A stretch of DNA of 64,000 bases, from IMG/VR virus record IMGVR_UViG_3300017613_003292, positions 33,021 to 97,020 of that record. One strand, written 5' to 3'. Below the pieces are notes generated by a model. The model was not told the DNA's origin. It worked only from the letters and a program-made list of their open reading frames with translations, and ran no database searches. Below, piece after piece: positions 21,401 through 30,759 of the stretch. How positions within the stretch are numbered: the first letter of the stretch is position 1; each line of letters begins with the position of its first letter. The position numbers were made by a program, and so were the translations under genes. The DNA is from a virus. Its lineage: Duplodnaviria > Heunggongvirae > Uroviricota > Caudoviricetes.

Positions 21401-24339
21401 CCTGGAACTGGAGCGTCCCAAGTGGTGGCCAACCACCCCGCGCCTGCGCCCTTCGCAGCTGTGGCACCGGCAGCGCCACCAATAGCGCCTGCCATTGTCT
21501 CACCCATTGCAGAGTATATAATAGGAACGATGATTTTATTTTTCATCGCAATTGTTATCATTTCCGCAAGGATACTTGCGAACATGCTTTTTATCGTATT
21601 AAAATAATCATCCCAGGCGTTGAGGTTCCCCATGAGCATTGATGCAGTCGCTTTTGTGAATCCTTTTTCCATTCCTTTCGCAATCTCTTGGGTTTTATCT
21701 ATCGCAAATTCTCCCCAGGTTTCCATGTTGAGTCGCATCTGTTCAATAGAGATTATAATACCCTTTCCAAAATCATCTGATGCCCGCACTCTTTGCTCTT
21801 CAAGATCAATTACATTTCGATAAAAAAGTTCTGAAGCTGCTTCGAGATCGCCTATATCTCTCATATAAACCTTAAAATACCTATTCAATGCATCGATTTG
21901 CATATTATAATGAGTATCCGTCATTTTATTTGCCTTATTATAATATGCTTTATGGTATTTTATTTTTTGTTCATATTCCATCTCAACAGGTCGTTGCTGC
22001 ATGGCCTCTAATATGTTAGAAATCTGGTCCTCGCCAAGTTTTAACTCTGTCTGCATATCTCTGAGCCATGCAGCGGTGGCCTGTACTTTATGTTCATTAG
22101 CTTCAATGTATGCAGCTGTTAAAATGCCAGTTTCACGAAATAATTTTTGTTCCCGTTGCATTTCCTTGTCGGCAAATTTCATAACAAGACCAAGTTTCAT
22201 TCTGGTATTAATTTGTTGCCGAAGTTCTTTGTCTACTCCTTGAAGCGTTTTTGTGTAATTATCTATCTTTTTTTGTTCCGCCTTTTTGAAAAAATCTGTA
22301 GCAATGCCGGACGTTTGAAATTTTTGTTGATCTGCTCTTATTCTTTGATGATTCTCCTTGACCCATCGTTGATACTCTTCTTGTTCTTTCATGAGGTTTG
22401 CGTACTTCTCAGCATTTACAATAAGTTCTGTATCTTCAGATTGTTTTAACGCTCGAACTCTTTGGTCATAAAGAGTTTTTTGTTTTGACTGAAATATTTT
22501 TTCTTGACGCGTTGTTGTTATACCCAGCATTGAATAGACATCTTTTGTCGCCGCATCGATTTCTTCTTTACTTACGTTTAATGTTGGTTTTATTTCTATT
22601 TCTAGTGGTAGGCCAGACATATCAAAAATGTTGCCAGGCATAAGATGTGATACCATAGATCCTTCTGCAAAATCACTTAAAGTCCCAAGCCCTGCAATTG
22701 ATGGACCTTTTCCAAGCTCTTCTTTTGCGACCGCTCCAACTTTCTTCCAAAATGCTGTCCATGAAGAAACGTCATTTTCTGGTTGGACTATTTTCCTAAC
22801 TTCCTTCACAGCTTCCGTTATGCGTTCAATGAATTCTTCCCAAAAAGCATCTCCAAGTAAATCCACTGTCAATCCAGCAACTTCTTTTTTTAATCTTTTC
22901 CCAGCACCACCTATCGATTCATTGGCCGCTTTTCCAGATTTTTTCCAAGCCTCTTCAAGTCCCCATGTATGATGAACGGCCTCTTCTATAGCTGTATCAA
23001 CATCAATCACACCTGACCGCATCATTAACATTACACTTGGTAATAATGACAGCGCAGATTCAATATTATTCGTTTCTCTTGCCAATTTTTCAAAGGCTTC
23101 AGCAGTTTTATCAAATTCAGATCCTGTCTGTTCAGCCACTTTTTGAATATCACCTTGCATTTTATCCATAATTTTAGAAGATGCAGAAATGGTAATATGT
23201 AATTTTGCCATTGCTTTTTCAACTTTAAGTGTTTCTGAAAAAAGCAATCTCATTAATTGAAGAAATTCCTGCCATACAAATAATGTGGCGGCAATACCAG
23301 ACATTACAATACTCATTGTTCCCCACTTGGTATTTAAAAATCCTAGACTTTTTGATGTCTCTTGTACACCGCGTTTCATTATTTTCATTGCGTCTTCTGT
23401 TTTATTTCCGGTCTTTCTGGCCTGAAGAGCAATTTTTCTCAATCTGTTTTCTATTTCTTTTAAATCCTTTTTTGTATATTCAGCGCCAAACTGAGTCTTA
23501 AAAGCTGCAAAAGCTTTTTTTACACTCAATCCGTATTGTTGCATTATTTTTGATGCTGCCCTGATACGCTTTGCGCGCGTCATTTCTGTTGTGATTGCCT
23601 TTCTTTGCTGATCATTGAATTTGGCACCCATCCTTGTAAGCTCTCTATACTCTTCTTCAAACTGACTTGCCGCCATCTCTCCCTTACGAAGCTGCTTTGT
23701 ATAGGATTTCATTGCAGATATTGCTTTTAAAGTCTCGTTTGAACTTTTTGACTGTGCTTCAGATAATTTTTTACTCGCAGATTTTCCTTCTCTTTTTTTT
23801 ACGTTGACTTTTCCTTGGGCCTCTGCTTCAGCATTTTTTATTGCAATTAATCTTCTGGCCGCAAAAGCCTCATCCCTTACTTGCTTTAAAGAAATTTTAC
23901 GTAGTTGCGCTTCTTTCCGCATTGCAACTTCTCTTGTCTTATGCGAAGCTTTCAAATCCCGTGTAATTTCTTGAATCGCTTTTATTTCTTCCTTTATTGC
24001 TGCTTTATTTTTTTCATGTTCCTCTCTTACCTTCTTTTTTAATTCAAATTCATGGTCCAATGCACCTTGAACTGCCTTTTTATACGAAGACATTATATGA
24101 ATGGCAGTTTGAGTGTCTTTTATGACAGTATTCCAATGTTCTTTTGTAGCTTTTTTTAAACGCTTTACATCTTCTGTCGCAATTTTATACTGATGAAAAA
24201 GCTGGTTAGTAGACTTCCCTTCCTTTCTTGCGTTTATAATCTGTTGCTTGAGATCCTTAAGCTCTTTTTCAGCAGTCTTAAGTTGCTTTATGAAATTTTT
24301 ATATCCGTAGGATCTAAAGACTAATGGTATCTCAGACAT
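18478..24339 (-). CDS. Tail tape measure protein (1953 aa)
   Basis: Size, position directly after the frameshifted chaperone pair, a long coiled-coil N-terminal half, and a Gly/Ala-rich hydrophobic segment (GAIGGAAGATAAKGAGAGWLATTW). Confidence 0.85.
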   Translation of the reverse strand: MSEIPLVFRSYGYKNFIKQLKTAEKELKDLKQQIINARKEGKSTNQLFHQYKIATEDVKRLKKATKEHWNTVIKDTQTAIHIMSSYKKAVQGALDHEFELKKKVREEHEKNKAAIKEEIKAIQEITRDLKASHKTREVAMRKEAQLRKISLKQVRDEAFAARRLIAIKNAEAEAQGKVNVKKREGKSASKKLSEAQSKSSNETLKAISAMKSYTKQLRKGEMAASQFEEEYRELTRMGAKFNDQQRKAITTEMTRAKRIRAASKIMQQYGLSVKKAFAAFKTQFGAEYTKKDLKEIENRLRKIALQARKTGNKTEDAMKIMKRGVQETSKSLGFLNTKWGTMSIVMSGIAATLFVWQEFLQLMRLLFSETLKVEKAMAKLHITISASSKIMDKMQGDIQKVAEQTGSEFDKTAEAFEKLARETNNIESALSLLPSVMLMMRSGVIDVDTAIEEAVHHTWGLEEAWKKSGKAANESIGGAGKRLKKEVAGLTVDLLGDAFWEEFIERITEAVKEVRKIVQPENDVSSWTAFWKKVGAVAKEELGKGPSIAGLGTLSDFAEGSMVSHLMPGNIFDMSGLPLEIEIKPTLNVSKEEIDAATKDVYSMLGITTTRQEKIFQSKQKTLYDQRVRALKQSEDTELIVNAEKYANLMKEQEEYQRWVKENHQRIRADQQKFQTSGIATDFFKKAEQKKIDNYTKTLQGVDKELRQQINTRMKLGLVMKFADKEMQREQKLFRETGILTAAYIEANEHKVQATAAWLRDMQTELKLGEDQISNILEAMQQRPVEMEYEQKIKYHKAYYNKANKMTDTHYNMQIDALNRYFKVYMRDIGDLEAASELFYRNVIDLEEQRVRASDDFGKGIIISIEQMRLNMETWGEFAIDKTQEIAKGMEKGFTKATASMLMGNLNAWDDYFNTIKSMFASILAEMITIAMKNKIIVPIIYSAMGETMAGAIGGAAGATAAKGAGAGWLATTWDAPVPGTGVGSQLGYIDVSIGEVVSGVAAVKSSVDSLKHLQEGDYGYATYDAMKAGAWTAAAFQVPYALPVAIALEVGDLLGFDDQLEGLFESWGIGAREPYTTTYGEKTMKWGQLPDFGSTFGEAEGIGTQEVRDSIGQAKRDITNAAQIMAVQVYDVLEDWFLTLPDAISGPIFDSMENFTFKLSSIKMNWEEDDPQKLIDQFTAALYEHGTTEVLARLERMPGYSMMADDSIGKMMPGILRKQAIKAQDSGSVEDWKAAAQATKAFTDQLNQIESFVDGIGNSIRALSGDVPDAVFEFENLVAGMNSMKDTAIAMDLNESVIKDIEKIAELSEEKFFSDLADNMDDLRESVLGLDDRTIDEINNKYDDYIDTLAQTGRSIDEVNDAERERTALINEFHQTLIRDVNDLYESIVNPKTEMQEMTESFTDLIEIMISEEVAASDVTNALEQMNKALIFTSKSMDFGSNNPFASLMANIESYLEGRERSDWTLEDWRTEFDSLLDKYNGLDPASEYYFTDALDVLSDQFDALKSIDSKMDEEISALQSLQSNIDTALNDLLYGQASPVTTPGSLETRYGQLLQDAQGSMASEDIQAFVDFATGTFIPYMQTFTGEGANYRLVVDQVASDLGAFGSDIETQLEVLQEIRDKVSTENTLWSLYGALSGWAALSGSGVTSYGSLEDFTSSSIGQTAASVGGYSSVSDMTAASTQVGQGVSMTPIGDVGYMYTAAHQWLPGQFETAFSSFEGMGRDELGFTNINSPYQTSSGIEGLLSGSPHFQREAYFGMDLSAVMADMRSSLNHSEDLVRLFSLAGMSFTSADGYSTLNIYPNPLDASDLTVRYWDGINTYSNPYQPDMDINEYFRYLGSVKDQWPTYAMGGLASSASIFAESGPEWAVPAYTSPYNENFLKSVGIDKVAEGMMTHEDAQQIIGLLNIIAQNSGNPAVVPVNIGADDITGVVNRTVNQNPAYFPAIANKHS

Positions 24340-24753
24340 TTATCTTCTCCGCATAACTCGTGCAGGTCGTGCTGGGTGGTGTGCCTTCGGCTGTGGTTTC
24401 TTTTTGCTTTTGCGCTTCTGGGTTTCGGCCTGAAGCCTCACATCTTCTCTGTCGATGTATTGAATCCATTTGATATACTCTTCGCGCTCGTACTGAATTG
24501 TGATTCTTTTCTCGTCAAGGTAGGCAACGATTTCACTGAGTGGAATAAATCCCATACCGGACATACCGTCAGTATGCCGAGATGTCTTTAGCATACTGAA
24601 GGCTGTCCAGTACAGTCTGAGATCGTCGAATAGGAAGGGTTGAGATTCGAGTATCGGGATGGTTCGGCCAGCCCTTTCTTCATTGAGAAGAAATTCGTAG
24701 TTCTTCTGACCGCCGATTTTGTTGGTCCATTCCAGATACTCTGTCAGTTTTTT
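24340..24753 (-). CDS. Tail assembly chaperone frameshift extension (gpGT-like, -1 frame). Translated only as a fusion with 24744..25196.
   Basis: I checked codon by codon: the -1 frame is open with no stop from the slippery site (24753) down to the TAA at 24340. Confidence 0.55.
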   Translation of the reverse strand, partial: KKLTEYLEWTNKIGGQKNYEFLLNEERAGRTIPILESQPFLFDDLRLYWTAFSMLKTSRHTDGMSGMGFIPLSEIVAYLDEKRITIQYEREEYIKWIQYIDREDVRLQAETQKRKSKKKPQPKAHHPARPARVMRRR

Positions 24754-25196
24754 TCCGCTTCCTCGTCTTCCTCTTCCCTGAACAATTCAATAGATTTTGA
24801 AAGATCGTCAATTTGCTGACGGAAATCTTTGTACTCTGTCAGCAAGTGAATGGCGTTTTCTTCAGTGTATTCCAATTCAACGCCGTCTTCATGCATACCT
24901 TCCCAGTCGAGTAGGATGGTCTTGGCCATGAGTTTTATCAAAATTTCCTCGCTCTTCTTTTCGGGCATGGTATCTCGCCTGAGTTGTTGCTTGAAGGGCT
25001 TGGTCAAACGCGTGAACCATTTGTTGTAATTTGAATTGTTGGCCCTGGCGACCCTTACCTTACATCCGTCGCCAATGGTTTCCCATACGCCGTCCGTTTC
25101 TTTTTTTTCGTCTGTTGAATACTCTTTCTTGATGTCAAAACCCATGATAATTCTCCCCATTTTTTTAATTATTTTCTCTTCCGCCCCCTTAAACAC
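24744..25196 (-). CDS. Tail assembly chaperone (lambda gpG-like), zero frame
   Basis: 150 aa, acidic C-terminus ending ...EEAEKN*, directly upstream of the tape measure gene. It ends in the slippery heptamer A_AAA_AAC. Confidence 0.7.
   Translation of the reverse strand: MFKGAEEKIIKKMGRIIMGFDIKKEYSTDEKKETDGVWETIGDGCKVRVARANNSNYNKWFTRLTKPFKQQLRRDTMPEKKSEEILIKLMAKTILLDWEGMHEDGVELEYTEENAIHLLTEYKDFRQQIDDLSKSIELFREEEDEEAEKN
24747..24753 (-). promoter_or_regulatory. Programmed -1 ribosomal frameshift slippery heptamer A_AAA_AAC (minus strand: GGA AAA AAC TGA)
   Basis: Plus-strand gttttttt at 24747-24754. It sits at the last codons of the chaperone ORF and follows the X_XXY_YYZ rule. Confidence 0.6.
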
Positions 25197-25219
25197 GAAG
25201 GGAGTGTCGGATATCTGCG

Positions 25220-25489
25220 TCAGACTGCCATTTTGACGCGTTTCTTTTGTGATGATGATCCGTGTTGTGCAACCCGGGACAGGGCGTTGGCAGCATGCGA
25301 CCTGTCATGAATTGGATATTTCTTTGAGCCAGGTAATGCAAAACTCTTCTTTTTGAGCCGTTTCCTGCGCCTCGATGTGAGTTTGCCCATGGCTGTATCT
25401 CCTGTCAGGTAAAGGACGGCCCCAGCTGGTATGGGGTAAAACCAGCTGGTGCCGGGATGAGTAGCATGGCCGTCCAAAAATTTCCCCAT
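25220..25489 (-). CDS. hypothetical basic protein (~89 aa)
   Basis: Start taken at the internal Met (MGKFLDGHATHPG...), so it does not overlap the tail tube gene. The ORF track's longer form (to 25597) overlaps 25491..26687. Confidence 0.3.
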   Translation of the reverse strand: MGKFLDGHATHPGTSWFYPIPAGAVLYLTGDTAMGKLTSRRRKRLKKKSFALPGSKKYPIHDRSHAANALSRVAQHGSSSQKKRVKMAV

Positions 25490-25490
25490 T

Positions 25491-26687
25491 TTAGAACGCA
25501 GCGAATTTGTCAATTTGAATGGTACAATCGTATGTCGCATGCCTGATGGCCCGCCATCCGATCTCTTCCATGACATCCGCGTCGGCTCCGCCTGCATTTA
25601 TCCCGTCGGATTCAAATTTAATCCTGGGGAATGTAAAAATGTAGGCATTGCCGTAAGTCCCGGTCGCGGTGTCTTCCAGTTTGAATGTAAGGGAAGTTTC
25701 CGTTCCGTCGACGTACTTGTCGTACATATTCTTATCCGTAAAATAGACACTCATGGACCCTGTCACATCAACTTTGCCTGCGCCGATGTCTGCATTCCCA
25801 AGATCTCCAATGCCTTTCTTTCCACGAACATTGTTGGCCAATGTAAAATTAAGACTTCTGATGATGGCCGTTTCATCAGTTGTCATATCGCCTTCCCGGA
25901 TATTAGCACAGTGGCTGACGGCATTGAGCACGTCGTTTGATGCCGCTTCGTCATCGGTTCCAACGGTAGACAGCTTGGTGCCGGATATAATCGTATCTTT
26001 CCCAATGAAATCAAAAGAGACTGTTGAAATCTGTTCAACCTCAACATTAAAAGTCACTGAATTGACGACCATTCCTTTGAAGTGAAAATAGGTAGCCGGA
26101 CTCATGTCTTCATGTGCACGCTGGATCGAATATGACCTTTCCTTTGTGCTGTTTCGAAGACAAGCAGCGTCAATTCTGATTTCATCGCCCTCAGCTTCAT
26201 CGTCAATCGTTTGAGAAACTACAATTCCAGTAGAACTTGTCACACTGGTAATGAAAAAGAATCCATTGTTTGCAGTTTCAGTCGCACCAGAAAGCCGAAC
26301 CCATTGTCCTGTCATAAGACTGGAAAACGGTGTTCCGCCAGATGCTACAATACGACTGCCTGAAGTTTCAAAGGCAATATCCGAGGATGTCGAGTTCGTA
26401 ACAGACCCTTGCCATCCATTGGCTGGTGTGGCCCATAAGGCACCCTGAAAAAATTCGTCATAGGCGTCATAAGACAACTCTCCGTCAAATCCGCCGCTTG
26501 CTTCGGCTGAAACCTGTACTAAATCTGTGGTTTGGCGATCCGATCTCAACTCGTTGGAGACAATATTGGAAATGTTAAACGCAAGGGACTCGCCGGTCAT
26601 ACGCAGATTGTCCATATGCGTGGATGGCGTGGTGCCCCAGGATGTTTCCTTGATGTACTTCAACGAGGTTCTGTTGGTATCACCCAT
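25491..26687 (-). CDS. Major tail (tube) protein (398 aa)
   Basis: Synteny: it is the gene immediately 5' of the chaperone and tape measure pair. Beta-rich, Ser/Thr-rich sequence. Confidence 0.5.
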   Translation of the reverse strand: MGDTNRTSLKYIKETSWGTTPSTHMDNLRMTGESLAFNISNIVSNELRSDRQTTDLVQVSAEASGGFDGELSYDAYDEFFQGALWATPANGWQGSVTNSTSSDIAFETSGSRIVASGGTPFSSLMTGQWVRLSGATETANNGFFFITSVTSSTGIVVSQTIDDEAEGDEIRIDAACLRNSTKERSYSIQRAHEDMSPATYFHFKGMVVNSVTFNVEVEQISTVSFDFIGKDTIISGTKLSTVGTDDEAASNDVLNAVSHCANIREGDMTTDETAIIRSLNFTLANNVRGKKGIGDLGNADIGAGKVDVTGSMSVYFTDKNMYDKYVDGTETSLTFKLEDTATGTYGNAYIFTFPRIKFESDGINAGGADADVMEEIGWRAIRHATYDCTIQIDKFAAF

Positions 26688-26712
26688 AATAACCTCCTTA
26701 CTTCTTTGTTAC

Positions 26713-29532
26713 TCAAGCAACTTGTTGAAATTGATTCTGCCGTATGGTTTCCACCAATGGCATTAAGTCAAGAGCTTTTAACATTGTCTGGACGTCTCCA
26801 CTCATTTTCTGTTGGAATCCGTCTGATGTATGCGGCAAGACCTTTGCAAGCATCTCGTATGCCGCCCTTCCTTCACTCAACGTGAGATGTGTAAAATGAA
26901 AAAGACAGAACGCATAGGCATCCGGTACATACGAATGAATAAAATGAGTACTCAGAGACTGATTCCTCATATCTCCGAATCTCTGGTATGCGTCAATGTA
27001 TTTTCGCGCATAATCAAGAATGGCCTTTCTGTCTTTATCGATGAGTGCCATCTCAGTTGCAGCCAAGAGCAAATCCAGATCGTCTGGCATATCTTCAAGA
27101 CCAAGCTGTAACCATTCTTTGGCCTTATCAAGTTTTCCAACTTGCATGTAGGCCCTGACAGTTGAGTAAAAAACCGATTCATCAAACTTGATATGCTTTA
27201 ATTCATATCGATGTTTAATGTATTCTTCCGAAAATTCTATCTGTTTGTCCACATATCCGCTGTTTCCGTAGATTTGTGACAGATAAAAATAACATTCATA
27301 ATCTTCCGGATCATCTGCAAGCCTTGCATGGAGCAATGAGGATGTCCGTTTAAATTTTCTTTCTTTCATCTCTGGAGATACGTCGTATCCATAATGGATA
27401 TATTCAATCATGTCGCAGAAAATTGCCGGTCCAAAAAATACCGGTACGTTGTGAATCCGTTTGTCGTATTTAATTGTTCCGCGTTTAAAAAGTTTCGGCG
27501 GATTGAACTGAGCGCCCCGCTTGCCGTCCAGAATGTTGACCAGTGTAAATTTAATTGACCGGATATCATTCGGAATGAGTGCAATCCATTTTTTAAAATC
27601 TGATACCATGCCGTTTTTATTCGATAATTCTTCATCTGTATCAATCAGCATGATCCAATCCTTGGTACAGTGTTCAATAGATTCATTCCTGGAATCTGAA
27701 AAATGGTCGGTCCATGGCCGATGATAAATCTTGCAACCATATTCAATGCAAATCTCATCAAAATTATCTGGGGGATCATCTTCGGTACGTGTGTTTAACA
27801 CGACGATTTCATCGGCTATCGGTTTCACCGATGCCAGACATCTCCGTAAATTCAATTCCGGATTTTCTATTTCAGAGGCTCGTGTCATTAGACACACAGA
27901 CAGTGTCTGTGGCTTGGGTTTATTCCTGGCAAGGTTTGTAAAATTATTTGAAGGTGCCTGCGGTGTCTTGACATTGGCTGACTTTTTCTTTTTATTCTTT
28001 TTCTTTTTATTTCTTATCCGTTTCTTTTTTGGTACCTTCTTATCGATTTTTTCTTCATTCTGTCCGCCGATATGTGTAAAAAGTTTCTTATGAGGATCTT
28101 CCTTTATTTCAAGGAGAGATTTTCGACTTCTTAAATGATAGGCATAAAGCCCCTGCATAACAATTGGTTCATACCCTGCATTCACAAGCTTTATGAAATA
28201 ATCATTGTCAACACCGAGAAATTTATTGCTTCGAAATCGAATAGGCGTCCCGAGAAAATTGTGTTCAACAATTTTGTCCCTTTCTTCAAAACCTCCTGCG
28301 TCCTCCCAGGCTTTCTTATTTGTCAGGATAATGACGCCTGAGAATGCATTTCCAAGCGGTTTTGTGGCGGTCTTACTAAAAGGCTTTACCGAAAGACCAT
28401 GTTCCAGATAAAGTTTGTTTGAATAATCACAATGCGCGCGCATGCTGAGAGAGCTGCCGCCGTCCGGTTCTTTAGGTGCATCATGGCAAAGCTGATCGTC
28501 GCACCAAATTTCATTGGTTCGACAGGTAATCCATCCTGCTTTCTCGCCATATTCCCGAATGGCTCCAAGCATCATGTCATACCAGTCTGTTTTTAAAATC
28601 ATGGCATCATGATCAAGAAATAGCACCCATTCATCATATGTGCTGCGTTCCATGGTTTTATTGTATGCCTGTGCCAGATTCCCGGGTTGAAATGGAACAT
28701 TAATGTCAATGGTGGGGTTGCTCGTATTAACGTAAGGTTCCTGCCCTGCTAAAATTAGGCTTCCCCCTCCATCCCGCTGGTTCCCCTGACGGGCCTCTCT
28801 TTTTAAATATCTTGCCTTGATTTCCTCGCCCTTCAATTTTAACCATGTCCGGGTTGCATTTGGCTGGAATATATCGCACAAACTTCCAAAATCAATGCTG
28901 TGGATATCAATGCCGAGCGTCCATAAACGTTGATTGATTACCTTTGAAGAAGATCCTGCCGATGGAATGCATACCTCGCATTCGTTTATGTATTTCATGA
29001 CCTTGGGGAACCACTGCTCCATGGTCAAATGGGCATCACGATTAGGAGTCTGGACATAATAATCAATCGGTCCAAAAATACGTTCCATATCTTTTTTAGG
29101 ACGACAACCAATGTACATTTTCTTTTTTGGTTTTATATAGTTGTCGATAAAATCATCAAAGAGATCAGGTCTGAATGTGATTAAATAGTGAAACAAAACC
29201 GGTGAATAGAATTCAGTTTCTCCGGTTGTCAAGACACTCTCAACCCTGTCGATCAAATCCTTACTTGTCGGGAATGGCGCAAATAGCCCATCTGCCATGC
29301 CTTCTTCCATTGGGTATTCCATGGACAGGCCTTTAAAATAAATTGGATCGCAGATGTTTAAAGCTTTCTTCATATCCTCACCGAGAAATGGCGTATAATG
29401 ATGCCGCCCAGTGTCCCTGCCAGTACACAAATAGATCTCCCCATCACCGAAACGGGTATAAAAAACACGTTTACTGGTGTCCATTTGTTTTTTTAATACT
29501 TCAAGACTTTCTACTGTTGACAATACTTTCAT
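26713..29532 (-). CDS. Multidomain glycosyltransferase (939 aa): N-terminal domain, GT-A domain, Lys-rich linker, second GT2 domain, C-terminal TPR-like repeats
   Basis: FLDHDAMILKTDWYD (DxD), a KKVPKKKRIRNKKKKNKKKKS linker, LSVCLMTRASEIEN...IMLIDTDEEL (GT2 start plus DxD), and a C-terminal helical-repeat region (YECYFYLSQIYGNSGYVDKQIE...). Confidence 0.6.
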   Translation of the reverse strand: MKVLSTVESLEVLKKQMDTSKRVFYTRFGDGEIYLCTGRDTGRHHYTPFLGEDMKKALNICDPIYFKGLSMEYPMEEGMADGLFAPFPTSKDLIDRVESVLTTGETEFYSPVLFHYLITFRPDLFDDFIDNYIKPKKKMYIGCRPKKDMERIFGPIDYYVQTPNRDAHLTMEQWFPKVMKYINECEVCIPSAGSSSKVINQRLWTLGIDIHSIDFGSLCDIFQPNATRTWLKLKGEEIKARYLKREARQGNQRDGGGSLILAGQEPYVNTSNPTIDINVPFQPGNLAQAYNKTMERSTYDEWVLFLDHDAMILKTDWYDMMLGAIREYGEKAGWITCRTNEIWCDDQLCHDAPKEPDGGSSLSMRAHCDYSNKLYLEHGLSVKPFSKTATKPLGNAFSGVIILTNKKAWEDAGGFEERDKIVEHNFLGTPIRFRSNKFLGVDNDYFIKLVNAGYEPIVMQGLYAYHLRSRKSLLEIKEDPHKKLFTHIGGQNEEKIDKKVPKKKRIRNKKKKNKKKKSANVKTPQAPSNNFTNLARNKPKPQTLSVCLMTRASEIENPELNLRRCLASVKPIADEIVVLNTRTEDDPPDNFDEICIEYGCKIYHRPWTDHFSDSRNESIEHCTKDWIMLIDTDEELSNKNGMVSDFKKWIALIPNDIRSIKFTLVNILDGKRGAQFNPPKLFKRGTIKYDKRIHNVPVFFGPAIFCDMIEYIHYGYDVSPEMKERKFKRTSSLLHARLADDPEDYECYFYLSQIYGNSGYVDKQIEFSEEYIKHRYELKHIKFDESVFYSTVRAYMQVGKLDKAKEWLQLGLEDMPDDLDLLLAATEMALIDKDRKAILDYARKYIDAYQRFGDMRNQSLSTHFIHSYVPDAYAFCLFHFTHLTLSEGRAAYEMLAKVLPHTSDGFQQKMSGDVQTMLKALDLMPLVETIRQNQFQQVA

Positions 29533-29550
29533 AAGAATCTCACCCCATGT

Positions 29551-29955
29551 TTAAAAATTTTCATCCCTGAAAAATGGAATTTCTACATTTAATCGATACC
29601 ATCCCTTGTCTTCACCGTAATCATAATACCTTGCAGCCCGGCAATGAACACTCGCACTGGCGATTGTCGTACTTCGAAAAATAGCACTTGCAGCATCTAC
29701 ATTGGCCTTAACAGTCGATAATCCCTGCCCTCCTGGACTGTAAACATCAATGCTGATATATCCAATGTGACGATGTGTGTTCGATGGCGTGCCGATTGTC
29801 ATTTGCGCCACTGCCCCTGGCAGTACCTTGAATTCTACATATGAAACTCCCTGTCTCGGTTTATATGGTATCCCGGAATACTTTATCGGTGTCCTGGAAT
29901 CCCACCTGTTTTTAAAAGTTTCTTCAAGAATTTTATGTTCGTCGGCAAAACTCAT
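29551..29955 (-). CDS. putative tail terminator / tail completion protein (134 aa)
   Basis: Synteny only, between the connector genes and the tail tube. Confidence 0.3.
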   Translation of the reverse strand: MSFADEHKILEETFKNRWDSRTPIKYSGIPYKPRQGVSYVEFKVLPGAVAQMTIGTPSNTHRHIGYISIDVYSPGGQGLSTVKANVDAASAIFRSTTIASASVHCRAARYYDYGEDKGWYRLNVEIPFFRDENF

Positions 29956-30392
29956 CTTTTTGTTTTCCGTTTTGACGTAGTTTTAAAATTCGCAATAATT
30001 TTATTCAACTGCAACATTTTCATTTCATCTGCGGCTCGATCATATGTTCGATATGGCGGTTGTTTCGCTCCCGGCCAAACACCTGCCATGCGAGCACCAT
30101 CCCATCCGGCGACTAGAACATGCGAGGCATAATGTAACGGATTTTTGAATTCAATCTTATCCGTCGGTTTAATTTCCAACCCGGGACTTAATGGCATTGG
30201 TGTTTTTATACCATTTATATAGAGTTCATGAGACTTGCTGAATTTCCCTATACTGTACTCAGCTGTCTCTGGTGTAGGTGGTGTGTGTTCAAGGATCTCA
30301 AACATTTTTCGAATCATATGCTTATACATATCACTGAGGCTGCCTTCAAGGGCGTCTATATCAGCCTTAAATTGTTGTGATGGTGTCTTCAT
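29952..30392 (-). CDS. putative neck/tail-completion protein (HK97 gp10-like position, 146 aa)
   Basis: Synteny, with a 4-nt overlap. Confidence 0.3.
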   Translation of the reverse strand: MKTPSQQFKADIDALEGSLSDMYKHMIRKMFEILEHTPPTPETAEYSIGKFSKSHELYINGIKTPMPLSPGLEIKPTDKIEFKNPLHYASHVLVAGWDGARMAGVWPGAKQPPYRTYDRAADEMKMLQLNKIIANFKTTSKRKTKR

Positions 30393-30756
30393 GATATGGC
30401 CTTCCCTGCACTGTCCATGTTGCCTTTGCGGGGTCTGATTTAACGTTTACAATCCGATATACTACGCTATCAAGTTCCAATGTGTCCTCATTTTTAGGCG
30501 TGAATTGAATTCCATCGCCTTTGAGTATAATTTTTTTATCTTCAGGTTTGATCACTTCACCGTCTACTTCATATAATGAATACTCAAGGGGAATGGCCCA
30601 TACCTGATAATCCGTACCGCCTTCTTCGGTATTGTCGCCAGAATTCGGTTCATATTCTATGATACCGATGGAGTGATATGGAATATACTGTGCCATGTCG
30701 TCTAATGCGACGAATGCAGATGCGATGGCATCTTGTACGGTATCCTTGAGACCCAT
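30367..30756 (-). CDS. putative head closure / head-tail joining protein (129 aa)
   Basis: Size and position right after the gp6-like adaptor. Confidence 0.35.
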   Translation of the reverse strand: MGLKDTVQDAIASAFVALDDMAQYIPYHSIGIIEYEPNSGDNTEEGGTDYQVWAIPLEYSLYEVDGEVIKPEDKKIILKGDGIQFTPKNEDTLELDSVVYRIVNVKSDPAKATWTVQGRPYHEDTITTI

Positions 30757-30759
30757 AAA

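Noticed and set aside
18478-24339. Numerous 60-115-aa ORFs on both strands inside the tape measure gene (and similarly inside the fibre, GT and portal genes)
   Set aside because: Nested or antisense ORFs inside long, well-supported genes, typical background for an AT-rich coding sequence. No independent signals such as RBS or operon fit.
25220-25597. 125-aa form of the ORF extending 100 nt into the tail tube gene
   Set aside because: An internal ATG right after the tube gene's stop gives a non-overlapping 89-aa protein, and the long form would require extensive out-of-frame overlap with a structural gene.
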